This document shows, in pieces, positions 49,652 through 63,076 of a stretch of DNA of 64,000 nucleotides. Each line of letters begins with the position of its first letter. The stretch's first letter is position 1. A program made the position numbers and the translations under genes. The DNA is from Podarcis vaucheri (lineage: Eukaryota), in the NCBI GenBank assembly GCA_965113315.1, contig OZ220364.1, one strand, 5' to 3'. The notes under the pieces were generated by a model that saw only the letters and a program-made list of their open reading frames with translations, did no database searches and was not told where the DNA came from.

Positions 49652-51924
49652 TATTATCTTTGAATCAATTGAAACATTATTTTTACTTGATTGTTTGTTT
49701 ACAATATATTGTGTACTAGCAACTCATTTCTCTCCCCAATGGAAATATTTCTGTTTTATTTGGGGTTTAAAGAGTCTTCTGCACTCACATTTTGGAAATA
49801 AATTTCTGAATGGTTTGCTTTCTTCTCTTTTAACATAAATGACAGAAAGCAGAAGCTGCTTTGCAGATTTGCTAAGCGTAGTAGTAGACAGAAATAAAAT
49901 GGCATGGTTATACGAGCAAACAAATGTTCCAGCTGTGAGAATGCCACTGGGTTAAAAGCAAAACAAAAAAGAAGGGAAAGAAGAGGAAGTTATGACTTGA
50001 AAAGTAGGGATGAGGCGAAGTGTATCATAAGACAATGTTCTGACAAATTTTCAAAGAAAAGTTCAGTAGCCTGAACTAATGGAGTATCTTAGTCCTCCCC
50101 TATTTTGCAAAATGGTCTCCCTAATTTCACCGTGCATGAATTTTGAGTGCAATTGTAGATCCAGTTTTTATATTGTTTAGTATTGTTGAAGGAAGCAGTG
50201 GACTTGGCTCCTACACCCTCCATTAGCTTAGATGGCCCTCTTCATTTTTCAAGTCCCTCAGGCTCCTGGGCAAGAAGCTTCTCCTGTTACGCCAACACCG
50301 ACAATACTTAGAGATGTGGTCATGCAATTTTAGTAGCACTCCTTGAATATAAACAGTGGTCTTCAGGTGGCCCTTGAACCCTTCTCCTGGGGAAACTGTC
50401 ACTTGTATAGGTTCTACAATGTTGCCTTCCAGCCACTTGGCTATGGAATTGACTGAACTGCTGTCACTGGAATGGCGGCCTGTCTTCCTCTGCCTTTCCC
50501 CTGGCCAAAGTCTTGCTCTAGTGCTGCTTGGACTTGACTGCCAAAGGATCAGAAATCCTGCTTGAGGGCAGCTCTGGAGCTTATGCAGGAATCCAAGACT
50601 TGATTACAGTAATGGCGTGTATAAAGAGCTGGCCTTGCAAACTAGGAACTTCAGTTTGTTCCAAATATTAGACCAAACGAGATGTGACTTTATGTACACC
50701 TTTTTAAAATGTGAATGCTTGCATAGTGCTGGTCCTAAGCAGGACCTGGACCACCAAAAGTTAATTTGGCTGACATTTTGGACACAACAGGATGATTGCA
50801 AGGCAAGGCTCAATTGGTGTGTTTTTCTTAAATTTTCCATTTTATTATCAGTGGCAGTCATGTTAGATCAAAGATGTGGCCACATAGGATTGTGGAATTC
50901 CTGGACATGAAATGTACAACCTTTAAGTCTTTTTAATTAATTTGCAGCCATGCAGCTTGGCATGCAGCAGATTTCGACTTGGCACACCCAAAACATGTCT
51001 GCCCAGTTTTATTTTGGAAATGCCTCTAGAAGTTTATTTAAGCAAACAATTTTTCATTTTTCTGAGAGTAACCTCAAAGGTTTAGGCTGAAAGGGGGTCT
51101 GAGAATCCTTTAAATAACAAGAAATAAATATATGAGTGTGGGTTCTTTCTTCCTATTGAGCTATGGCTATGCTGGTGGTGGCACTGTGGCTGCTTCCTGG
51201 CAGTATGCTCATGCAGTGTTTGTAGAAGACAGCAGATGGATTAAGTGTCATTGCCAAAGTTGTTGCGAAAACTGTAACATTGACTGGTGCCTTCCAGCGT
51301 AGCCTTTATGAGGGTGTCTTTGGGAGCAGTGCCATGATAAGCAGTAGGTGATGAATACAGCTCTCACTGTCTGTTTGCTCTCTTTTCATTGCTTTCATTG
51401 TGCTTTTTGAAACAAGCTAAGGTGTGGCAGCAACTGCCTTCACTGGACAATGAGATTTCCCTTCCTGCCACCCCTTTGTACAGCTGGGGCCTTTGAATAG
51501 GGTAAGATATTGTCTTAGCATGGCTCTAACTCCCAGCTGCTCTAGAACTGCTAGAGGACTAAGAGTTGTTGGATTGTGTGTGTGCATGCGAGCTTAAAGG
51601 CAGGGAGGGATCATCTCTCCAGATCACATGATACTGCTCAGATTTCATAACTCCAAGAACTGGCTCCTGAATTTGCTTGTCTTTCCACCCCCCATAGTGA
51701 GCCTGTGGGTAGAGAATGCCTTAGCTTTTAATCTCTGTGCAGCTCTTAGAAAACCTTAGGCACTCCATAAGTGATAAATTACAACATCAACATCTAAACT
51801 AGATAGAAATTAACATGTGTTCCTTTATTTATTACTATAACTAAAAATGTTTGGTTCCCTGATATTTAACCTGGTTTTAAGGCCAATGCATAGTATTAAT
51901 AATAATAGAACATGTATACTATAT

Positions 51925-51927
51925 TAA

Positions 51928-51962
<35 letters not shown>

Positions 51963-52240
51963 CATCGTCATTAATTTATATGCCACTTATATGCTAATAT
52001 GCATTCTAAGCAGTTTACAACTATAAAACCCATATCTAATTAATATACAGAGCATTTAAACATCCTTAATTTAAATATACAATAAAGCAAACTGCTTAAA
52101 GAGCATGACAATTGAAACATTTTTTAAAAACCATTTAAAACAGTAAGATCAGATGTCCAATTTCAGAGCAATGCTTTCCCAGACAGGTGTGTCTTTTGGA
52201 GCCAGTGGAATGCCAATACTGATGGGCCTCTCACGTTTCA
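51925..52240 (-). mobile_element. L2 3' end with (TTA)n tail
   Basis: (tta)n at ~51928-51960. aggtgtgtcttttggagccagtggaatgcca is the reverse complement of the KTHL region seen at 34945-34985. Confidence 0.6.
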
Positions 52241-53563
52241 GAAATCAGTAAATACACAAGGACTACCTAGTTTCAGATCCCATGAGTATTAGACTGATTC
52301 TTTTAATATAGTTGATAAATCAATGTGGAGATGGAATGAAAAAGACATGAGTGAATAGATGTGAAAGTGACATGGACTGAGAATAGACTAATTTGCTAGT
52401 CCTTACTGTAAATAGGTTCAAGTGATGTGTCTGGGTCTGTTTGTTTGCTTTTCTTAGGTGAACTACAATGTTACATTTTTGAATCATGAAATTTTCTGAG
52501 CAACCACATCAGCCATCTGATCAAGAATCAGACCGTATGCATGTGATTGAATGAAAGGCCACAGCCTCCTAACTGAATACAACTGCTCCCATAATATGAC
52601 TAACATCTATAAACAATGAAGTGGTTTTAGAATACTTGGTAGGACAAGAGTATCAATTAAAAATGCTTTCACAACACAGTCTTCCCAATGTTCATGAGTT
52701 AAACTCTTTTGGCTTCCTTCCTTCAGTGGAAAAGCCTGCTTGACAAGACTTGTCATAGAAGTCTTTCATGTCCCTGAGTGCAAAGAATTAACATCTCAAC
52801 TTGAGTTAAGTAAATCTAGTGATAATAATGTGCTCATCTTGTGATTTTTATTTTTTTAAAAAAAGCTGATATAAGACATCTTTTCTTATTGTCTGCAGCC
52901 TGCTACAACTGATGCATTGAGTCGTCAAACATGTAACTACTGGCCCTGAGACTATAAATTTCTACATGTTGCAGACAATTCTCTTTTTTTACATGCTGGT
53001 TGCCACATAAGGGGTTTAATTTCTTGTAACAAATATGTTTACTTGCTGTGGCCTGAAAAGACTTTATGTATAGGGCCATTTATTTTTAGAAAAGAAAAGA
53101 AAATATGACAATGTACTAATCCTGAGTCAGTTTATGGGAAACATGTAAGGTCAAATAAAACTTGGTGATGCCTAGACCTGTACATGCATCCAGAATTAAC
53201 AGCTTTAATAGAAGAACACATCAGCCAGAAACATCATTGTCTGGGAAACAAAATTCTGAGGACCGACTGGTATATCATCAGTATGGCTGAGTCAAGCATC
53301 TCCCTCTTTCCCCCAGTTACTTTTGACCCTCACTGGGAATAAATGTGACAGGGTTCTTCAAAGCCCTTTCCTTCCACATTGTCCCTCACTGCCATATAAT
53401 GTGATTGGCTATAGTGGCCCATATGCTTTTGTGGGTTACTGTCAACTATAGGATTTCATTACCTTCCACATCTAATATAATGTGAGCAGCTGATTTCAGT
53501 ACCCTACAGGATTCGGTGGGCAAAAGAGTCTGAGCGCAGTTAAGGAGAAATATGGCCCTGATA

Positions 53564-53790
53564 TTGGCCACCTCATGAGAAGAAAAGACACCCTGGAAAA
53601 TACCCTATGTTGGGAAAGACTGAGGGCACAAGGAGAAGGGGACGACAGAGGACGAGATGGCTGGACAGTGTTTTCGAAGCTACCAGCATGAGTTTGACCA
53701 AACTGCGGGAGACAGGAGTGCCTGGTGTGCTCTGGTCCACGGGGTCATGAAGAGTCGGACACAACTAAACGACTCAACAACAACAACAAC
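53564..53790 (+). mobile_element. Bov-B LINE 3' fragment with (CAA)n tail
   Basis: Homologous to 6490-6715. Degenerate TSD atggccctgata / atggcactgaca. Confidence 0.92.
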
Positions 53791-54037
53791 ATGGCACTGA
53801 CAAGCAGCCAGTTTAGCTTTGCCAAGTACCCTCAAAACAAGCTGGAGGTTGCTGAGCTTTTTAAAAAATCACTTATTTAGCTGCACTAGAAACAATTCAG
53901 TGCTAAACTCTAATCTTATGTGTTTCCCCTCAAAAGCATAGACTTACTTAGGTGGGACTGGTGCAAATTGTGTCAATCAACTTGCAAGTAAGTGTTTATC
54001 CATTTTAACCTTGGGAATCCTTTCCACCAGTTTTAGG

Positions 54038-54218
54038 AATACAGAAAGCTGACTTCTGTCAGGCCAAGCTATTTGCAAGGGACTCTATTTAATCCGGTTA
54101 GCAGCACCTCTCCAGTGTGTCATGCCAAAGCCTTTCCTACCCTGACCTTCTAGCTGGAAATGCCTGCAATTGAATCAGGACCTTCTACATGCAAAACATC
54201 TGCTCTACCAGTGAGCTT
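54038..54218 (-). mobile_element. Old tRNA-derived SINE (Squam2/ACASINE-like)
   Basis: Reverse complement begins AGCTCACTGGTAGAGCAGATGTTTTGCATGTAGAAGGTCCTGATTCAATTGCAGGCATTTCCAG (A/B boxes). Confidence 0.65.
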
Positions 54219-55559
54219 TATGGTCTCCTTCCTCTGAAGCTCTTCTTCCAAGTCATGGCTCAGCCCCTTAGCTGATATTATACAGTAGCTATCACAAACA
54301 GCTTCAACAACCCATATCACAAAAAAAAAGTTCATGAAGGGAATAGAAGAGTAAAGTAAAGGGGGAGGCACAGCATTCCGTGTCATTTATGGGCAATACA
54401 AAAGCAAGGAATTTAACTGCACATTTAATGGCTACATTTTAAGTAACAGTGCAGCTCCAGAAAAGCATATGTGCTGTTAGGATAGGGATTAGACATTAAT
54501 TAGCACTGGGCTGCAGTAATATGAAGAGAGTGGGAGAGTCAGCAAGGGCAAATGAAAAAGACAGTATTTTCAAGGTAGGGCAAAATCTATGAATTTGTTC
54601 TGGGGGAGGAGTGAGACTTACTATTCTGAAAGAATTTACTATGATAGCACGGAGTGCATCCGTCTCTTTCTTTTGTTTAACAAAAGCTTTGACACCACAG
54701 CATGCAGCAAAGGAGATACAATCACAGTGCAGCATTGTTATAATGTGTTCCATAGGACGGTCCAGTAGAAACAACTGTTTGTCACCATGTAGCATCCATC
54801 ATTCCCTGGGGCTTTGCCAGGAGACAAAATGGCTGCCTCATGAGGCCCTTCAGGGAGTGAAATGGCCCCATGAAAGCTGGAGTGCTAGCATTAATGCACG
54901 TTTCCAATGTACATTAATACATTTCCAAAGTCTGAAGTCAGCTGTTGGTAGTATGCATGCAACACACCTCTTTTAAAAATTAAAAATACCACTTAACCAT
55001 AAGAGGTTTACTAGTGTTTTGTGGTTTTACACTAGCACTATATATTGGGTCACCAAAAACAAAAAACCCAGATGCAGTTTTGAGTGCAACACACAGTTCT
55101 GAGCGGAAAACTTAGGCTTGTGTAATAAAAACAAGGAGCAATCAAATTGGAGTAACTATATGGAATGACAAATAACAAAACCTGACCTGAAAAACACATG
55201 ATTCATTTTTTGAAAAATGCCAGAACAGGCAACAATTCATTCACAGTTCATTTCAGTTCTTCTTTGACAGCAAAGAAGCAACAGATCTGCTTGCTGGTTT
55301 TCTGGATAACAATCTAATGAAGCAATTAATCTGTGTTTTCTTGCTTCATTAATCTGTTACTTTCTTATTCTTCTGCTCTTTTTATTCACAATATTCTTAC
55401 TATTTAAGAACTGCTTGTGACATCTTCAGGTTCTAGCTATTCTCTTTCTACTCTGAGTCTAATCTTTGACAGTTAAGAGAGTCTCCACTTCTCCGAAAAT
55501 GTAGAAATGGCCAGGGACCTGGAAATATTAAACCTGGAATGTACTTAAAATATGAATTT

Positions 55560-55725
55560 TGGCATGGTTTTTTCACTGCGCCGGCTGCAGGAGAAATGGT
55601 GTCAGCAGGGACCCCCCCCCCCTTGTATGTTGCCTTCACAGACCCAATGAAGGCCTTTGACCTCATCAGCCAAACAGGACTCTTCACACTGCTCAACGAG
55701 ATAGTATGCCCATCTAAGCTCTCAA
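55560..55725 (+). mobile_element. RTE-clade LINE RT internal fragment
   Basis: MVFSLRRLQEK../PLYVAFTDPMKAFDLISQTGLFTLLNEIVCPSKL matches the RT D..KAFD block of RTE elements. Confidence 0.8.
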
Positions 55726-56843
55726 CCAAACCCTGATTCAGGCAGGTACTTATATAAGTTTCTCCCTCCTCTCAAGTAGCCTCACTTGAACTGCTAGTAA
55801 GTCACTTTGCCAAAAGCCTGGCCCACCATCTCTCTGCTCCTGTGGGGAACGGTTCCAAGAACGTTTTCAAGAGCTGTCCCCGAACATAGGGAACTGGCGT
55901 GAAGGCACCTCAACCTAGATCAGGTATGCTTGGATGCAATAGCTCTTGGGGGTTGCTGGTGTTCTGCTCCTTCTCCAAGGAGGCCTCAGGTTCCCTGTCT
56001 GGGCAGAGTTGAACCCTGACACTTATTCGCCTTGCTCAGTTCCTGCTCTCTATTCTCTCTCCAACATAATAAGCCAATCCTGCCTCTTCCTCCTCCCAGC
56101 TGATGCATCATACCAAGCTCATACTTCTCTGACACTTCTGTGTGAAGTCCATCTGGGGTAAAGCACTTGGATCCTTCACTTATGGATCCTTCACTTAAGC
56201 TCAGCCACTTTCAATTTCTCCTGTTATAAAATGTGTGACAAAGCCAAACAATGCTATGTTTTGATGCTGACAGAAAAATATACTCAGCATTCTATACTTC
56301 AGGTTTGCTTTCTAATACCAGAAGCAACTAAAATCACGGAGCTGTTTTGATAATTTGATACCATAGGACAACAAGTATCTGAAAATTTACTTTTATATAT
56401 ATATAAAAAAATATTATGTTACTACTGGTGAGCAGACTCAAACCAATTATATTCTTATGGACAGGTTGAGTTAATAAAAGACAACCATAATAAATTATAC
56501 TTGAAGAGAACAGCTATCTAAACAAAAACCCTAAAGTGCATTAAAAAAGCAATTCCTCAGAAACATTACTTTTAATAGTTGAATCGGGACTCTTCAGAAA
56601 TGCTATGAAAGCAAAAGGAGGAAAGAAAACCATAACAAGAGGAACAAAAAGGCCAAACGGAAAGAGGAAGGAAAACGTTTAGATTATTTGAGTGATGGAA
56701 ATAAATAACAAAGCTATTAGTTTCAGTTCAAAGAGCATATCGCTTGTATTGTTTATTCTTTCTTTTGAACATTTATTTTATCTTGAAAATTGGCACAGTA
56801 AAAGCGTAAGTGTGAAGGTAAAGGAAGGAGAGACATGACTGAC

Positions 56844-56978
56844 CTGTTCTGGAGAGGGTCTGTGGTTGGAGTGCTGTGTCCTCCCAGGAGATCTGTGATG
56901 GTGGTGGTGGTGATGGTGGTGGTAGTGGTGATGGTCATCATCATAGTTGTCTGCCATCAGCTTCATCCTGTTCTGCGT
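56844..56978 (-). CDS. ERC2: ERC2/CAST1/ELKS2 penultimate coding exon (poly-His exon), 45 codons, phase 0-0
   Basis: Minus strand reads ttgtttgcttcaatcctgacAG|ACG CAG AAC AGG ATG AAG...CCA GAA CAG|GTcagt, giving TQNRMKLMADNYDDDHHHYHHHHHHHHHRSPGRTQHSNHRPSPEQ. This is the recognisable His-rich ERC2 segment (ERC1 lacks the long His run). Canonical splice sites, 135 bp. Confidence 0.96.
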
Positions 56979-59019
56979 CTGTCAGGATTGAAGCAAACAA
57001 AAAGCCACTAAGTGCTAAAATCTACTAATCAAAATTAAATGGTAGCTGGGTCTGCATTAGAACACTGATCCACGCCTACCCCCAAATAGCTGGTTCTAAA
57101 TTTCATTTGAAGTTCTGAGATGTAACTCTTATGCCTATCTGCACATCTTGTGTCCAGCCAAGCTGACCAAAGCCAACTAGTGCTTATGGCAGCCTGCCAG
57201 GCAGACCTCCATTGCCTTGGACCTAGAAGGCCACATGTACCTTAGACCTAGTAAGCTACCTATTCCATACTGCGTAAAACATGCAAGTTGAAGTTACAGC
57301 CTCATTTGAGCAAGAAGCTCCTCCCTTCTAACTTCCGTGGCAGTTGAGTAGACACAAGTATTCTTCCTTTCCAGTTTTAATTCAGCACATTTGAACTTGG
57401 TGTCTTTTTCTGTTGCTGCAGATGAAGCCGGTCTACCAGCAGCTGGAAAAGAATAATTGGGGGCACACTTACAGTGTGTGCCTGATCTTGCTTGTCAGCT
57501 TCACCTGCCTGCCACCTTACATCAAATGATGACATTTAATGAACAGGTGGGCCTGATTTGGGCCAAACTAGACCACAATCAAATGAGGAGACCTGGCAGG
57601 TCTAACAAAATACTTGGCAGACTGGAGATTCTTCTAGGGGTTGGGTGCAGGATCATTCCTGCATGTCAAAATATCTGTGATAATGTAGTAGACATTGGGT
57701 TTTCTGTTCAGGTTCTCTGGAGTCAGATCTGGGGACCAGCAGAGCCCAATGAAGCAGGGAAAACATCCCTATGCATAAAACAAGTATATTTCTTTACTGT
57801 GATACAGCCATGGAACTCAATTGCAAGAGCAACCCTATGATGTACATAATGTATGAATTGACCCTAATAGAGGAGTTAATGCAACATTTTTCTTGAAGGC
57901 CAAAAATGTTATCTAGAGGGCAATGTGGGTTTACTTTTCCCTAAATGACTGAAGTCATAATTTAATATGAATTGGCGGCTGGCATCCTAAATTGGAGCAA
58001 CCCGTAGAATAAAGAAAGCTTGTTACTGACCTGCAGTTGAATATTCTTTATTGAGTCTTAAACATAGCAACAAATCACATGGTGAAAACACCTTTCCCAT
58101 CTACACAGTGCCAAGTATTCTAATATAGTTCAAAGACAGACACTACCCAAAATATATATGTTTCCAACAAGAAGCATTTTTTTCTACCAGGAAGGAGGAG
58201 GAAGATGCTCTTAGGTTCTTACCAATGAAGTTCCTGACAAATATCACTTTGGTTACTGTAAGCCTTATTTCCGCTTTGAGAGAAATTCTTAAAGTTTTAT
58301 TTGTTTATTTTCTTATCAATGAACGGCCTTAAATTTCCTACCTTTCAACTGTACCCTTTAAAAATGTACTAGTTAAACAAGATGATATATGCAATCCTGA
58401 AAATGTTTCCTGTAATGAGGTGTTGGGGATTAGTCTTGTTATGGGGTAAGAACTGTGAATGGATGATGCCATCTTCTTAATTTGGTGCTGAAATATAAAT
58501 AAACCACTTTTAATATTTCTTCCTGAGGAATCTAAATCATAGAAAAAGCAGGCACAAGACTACTGCTAAGAGCAAATCCCACACTTTTTATGTCTCTTGA
58601 TTGTAGTCTCGGGACAAGATTATTTGTTTAGGTAAGTTATTGCTTGGCAAGGATGACGGGGGTGGGGTGGGGAGTCTGAGGCTGTACTTTGGTTTCTCTC
58701 GTGGTTCAGTTATAAGAAAATAAGAATTTCTGTACTGAACTACTCTTTGACTGGGACATTTCTTCTACTTTAAAATATGGACTCCTATCGTCTTCTGTGG
58801 TTTGAAGCTTTGAAACATGCCACAGTGATATGGGATTTTTTGGGGAGGGGAGTAAAAAGCAACTAGAAAACATGGGATGATTATAATTATCTTTATCAAG
58901 CTTGTAAACCAAATACTGTGAATTACTGCTGCCTGTTTTACTTACTAATTCTTTTAAGGCTCAGTAGGCTTTGAAATGCCAGGTATAGTTTTATTCCAGG
59001 AAGAAATTAATTAACTAGA

Positions 59020-59310
59020 TTGGAATTTGTCCAGGACCCCCAGGGGCTTTATACCTCTACACTTGCAAAAAATGCGATGGGATTTTTATTGACCACATGT
59101 GTTTAAAAGCTTAGTTTATCGGGGTGGGGAGAGAGAGACGACTGTGTACTTCCAACAGCACTATGTCCCTTAGAAATGTGCTTAACAGTATTGATCTGGA
59201 GGGAAGAGTGCCACCTACTGACACCATAGGGCCACCACTTCCTACACTTTCCTGGATTTCCTTAAAAATGATTTCAAGCCCATTATTGACCAAATCTGCT
59301 CCTATTTAAC
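59020..59310 (-). mobile_element. AmnSINE1 (5S rRNA-derived Deu-SINE) relic
   Basis: ttggaatttgtccaggacccc...acttgcaaaaaatgcgatgggatttttattgaccaca...gagggaagagtgccacctactga...caccacttcct...attgacca matches my recall of the AmnSINE1 reverse complement. Confidence 0.7.
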
Positions 59311-59787
59311 ACGGAACAAGAAAGCAGAAAAAAACCTAAGTTTTATTACTTTGAATTTTGTATGCAATTGGGTCTATACAGAAGATTTTGGATTCTGCAA
59401 ATTTTAGCATATTATTTCAGAAGATACAGAAGCAATATCTTAAGACTGAACTTTGCTTCCAAGTCCTTTGCAACTAATATTTAATAATGTAAACAATGCA
59501 GTTCATGGTACTATTCTGTGGAACTACGGTTTCCTCTGCAAGGCATTTTAACTGATGTTTCCAAACATTGGTTTCAGTTGCCTAAGTAGTGATAGCATTT
59601 AAACTCTTAAGTCTATCTTCATGGTTTGCTTTTGTGTTTCAATAGTAGGAAGTTTAATTATAGGAAAACAGTAGCAAGGGAATGAATGTGTCACATTTGG
59701 GTCTTCTCCTGGGAATTATGTCTGGCCAGATTCCTATGAAAACCTGTTGCAGAAGTTTTGTGTGCATAGAAAATGGGAATATACATA

Positions 59788-59952
59788 CAGTGCTTTTTTC
59801 TGGGGGGGATGCAGGGGTACACATAACCCAAAATTTGTGAATCTTTGTACTTTTGTCCATTTGCTGTATTTATTCATCCCAATTTGAACTATAAAATGGT
59901 GATTTTCTTGCATCAAAATGAGAGTACCCCTAAACATTTTTTAGAAAAAAGC

Positions 59953-59956
<4 letters not shown>
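59788..59956. mobile_element. hAT MITE (same termini as 27907)
   Basis: CAGTGCTTTTTTCTGGGG...aaaatgagagtacccctaaacatttt...AGAAAAAAGCACTG. Confidence 0.88.

Positions 59957-59995
<39 letters not shown>
59955..59995. repeat. (TG)n microsatellite
   Basis: Direct reading. Confidence 0.95.
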
Positions 59996-59997
<2 letters not shown>

Positions 59998-60868
59998 ACA
60001 TACGGCTTTTCATTAAAAAAAATCAAGAGTCATACATAAAACCATACAATAAAAACCATATAGAATTTAAAGCCAGAGATCCACTAACAACAAAAACAAA
60101 ATTAATGGTGCATTAATATGGCCTTAATACTAATTTCATGAAGTTTGATTATTAATATGGTATTTATAATATCACAAATGCATACTGCATGAACAACTTG
60201 CTTTTATGTAAGTTATGTGGCACGCTGGTCAGCAATGCCAGATGTTGAACCATTCGTAACACTTTTCCAACTGCAGCCCATGCCAAGCACCCTATGAAGC
60301 CAATGGCCGCCTTGTTCCCCAATCCCTGCTCCCCAGACAGCTGCCTAGGACATACACTCCTAAATATGGTACTGTGCGATAGTTCTTCTCTGCCAGTACT
60401 CCAAATCCCTTCCTTTTTGGTTTTAACAGGGTGATGACAGAAACTTCGGGAAATGTGGATTTCTTCCTTCACCTAGGAATAATTCTTTCTAGTCTTACCA
60501 TGACCAGTAACAATGTTTCCCTCAAAATTGCTTGGACGCTTCACCAAAGCAGGGCCCTGTGCTTCAAAAGTGCCCCCGAAATTCCACCTTAACAAAATTT
60601 GTTGGCAACCCAACACAAACAGCAATCCTACTACAGGATTCCTATAGCCCCAATCGGACTCTTTTGAAGCCAAGTACTGGAACCCTATTGAAGACTATCT
60701 GAGTGAGCCCCATTTATCATTTTTGTGCACAGGAGTACATACCCAAGTGTAAACAGATGTGGATCATGCCAAAAGTTAACAGGACAATTGCTTATTTGTT
60801 GCTTTTCTCTTCAACATTGCTGTGAGCGAGAATCTGATTCTTTCCCCTGTTGACTGCCTGCCTGTCTG

Positions 60869-60996
60869 NNNNNNNNNNNNNNNNNNNNNNNNNNNNNNNN
60901 NNNNNNNNNNNNNNNNNNNNNNNNNNNNNNNNNNNNNNNNNNNNNNNNNNNNNNNNNNNNNNNNNNNNNNNNNNNNNNNNNNNNNNNNNNNNNNNN
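60869..60996. other. Assembly gap (128 N)
   Basis: Run of N. Confidence 1.
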
Positions 60997-62803
60997 CTTT
61001 TACTGATCCCATATATTAGTTTGCCTAACCTCTTTACTGAACTTCTTTCTAAAACAACAACCATCTGCTAAAGAACACATTGGTTTATATAATATTAACA
61101 GACAGTAAATGAAGCAGCAAATTAAATCAACTGATGTGGGCTTGTATGGTTTGGGATCCAAAGAGCCACATGCACAATGAGGCTCTTCCAGTTCACATTT
61201 CCAGAGCAGCTCATTGTGCCTCCTTGAGAGGTCTTGAAAAGCCCCTTCTGAAGGGGCAAGGACAGAAGCAACATCTGACGTCATTGCCAGAAGTAAAAAA
61301 ATGATCAAAACTGCTCTTCCATGAGCAACACTTCTCAGTCATGAGTGTGGATTCCTGCCATCAATGTTAAGAATATGAGGCAGTCCCTTGTGTCAAAAAC
61401 CCCATTGTAAGATACACAGCAGTTTAGCCCTATATGCTGCAGCCCTGACCCAGGCTACATACTCAAGCTCGTTTAATACATATATTCTCTAGCAGTTCTA
61501 CAGGAAAGCTTTATCTGGGTTGGCTAGTAAAGAAAAAACAGCAAATTAAAATTGTAATATTGAAATACTAATCTAAAAATACCTTTATCAGGTCAGCAAA
61601 AAATATCATTATCAGTTATCCAGATCAGATGAAGAATAAAATATTTGTGCCTGGGATTTAGATGTGGGAAAATAGTTAAGGCTTGCTGCTAAGAAACAGG
61701 AAAGACACAGTTATGGTTCCCATGCAGAACTTCTTCATCGTATCTCCCCCTTCACAGACAGAATTAGAAACTGCTTTAAGGATTTGCTTACAGTAGCTTA
61801 TCTGAGGTCTAGTACAATGACATTCCAATGAAATGATCAGTGACTCGTGCAACTTTGCTGTTCTTCCTCTGTTCTGTATCGTAAGGAAATGTATGGGATG
61901 CAAATACAAATACGTGACCATGATGTCTCAGAAGCTAGGGATGGTGGAGAATTTTGCAATAATCAAACTTTAATTTGAGCTCTGCTCTACACTGCTCACT
62001 CATTCACCCACTATGCAAGCCAATTGGTTTTCATGTGAGCAAACAGCTAGACTGGGCCAATATCATATAAGTTTAAGGAAATGCAAACCACAACAGATGG
62101 AGTTTGAGTTACAATAGTGTGACAAAAAGATGGACAGCAAACCCCATCCCTACCAGAAGATGATGAAGAAGAAAAGGGACCGCACAGGTGTGAGCAATTA
62201 CTATGCTAAATGATTTCCAAATACAAACATAATGTCCTTAGCCTAAAGGTGACAATTTGCATTGCAGCAAAATATAATGTCATGAAAGCATTGCAGAAAG
62301 CAAAGCAGGAGTTACACCATTTCTTGACTCTGAAAGGAAGGAGTACATGAATCCAACAGCAGCAATGCCCCTGAGCAAATGCAGTGCAAAACTGGGCAAG
62401 ACTGTTGGGAGTCACAAACTGGCAATTGAAAATTGAGGTCAGCTGAAAGTCATGCACACTGGGACAAACAATACCAATGTCTGGCATTACTAAGACATTT
62501 CAATAATATTTGGCATGTTAAAGTGCTTCACATACAGCAACCATTCTTTCATTATCGACATGGGTGTGGATTTCCGTTCTTGTGCTTTAAAACTGTACCT
62601 ATGATAAAGTAGCAGATACAATAAAGGAAGTATTTGCATTGATAAAATATACGGCAAGAGCTATGTTTGGACAAAGTGACTGTAGCTTATCCCATATATT
62701 GCCCAGAGGTTATATATCCTTAAAAAGTACAATTTCTTTATAAGCCAAGGGTAAAGCAGATGAAGGTGCTTTTGTTAAAAACATTGGGGGGGGGATTTAT
62801 TAC

Positions 62804-62804
<1 letters not shown>

Positions 62805-62843
<39 letters not shown>

Positions 62844-62844
62844 T
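62805..62844. repeat. (CTTT)n microsatellite
   Basis: Direct reading. Confidence 0.95.
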
Positions 62845-63076
62845 TGCCAAAGTTGTTGAGCTTTCTTTAGTTTTGCTCAGAGTTTGTTTTTTTTGCAAAA
62901 TTGCAAAGAAATTGGATGTTTTTGAGCTATTTTTGAGGGAAATTGGCAAAAATGACATTGTCAACATCAGTTGCCATATATTTTGATTTTCACAGACATT
63001 TTGCTGATTTCTGCCTGGACACTGCTTTTGGCTGCAGTATTTCAAGTATGTCTGCCAATTTCCAGACGTATGGCAA

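Noticed and set aside
56168-56197. 15-bp tandem duplications here and at 5701-5730
   Set aside because: Ordinary slippage-type micro-duplications.
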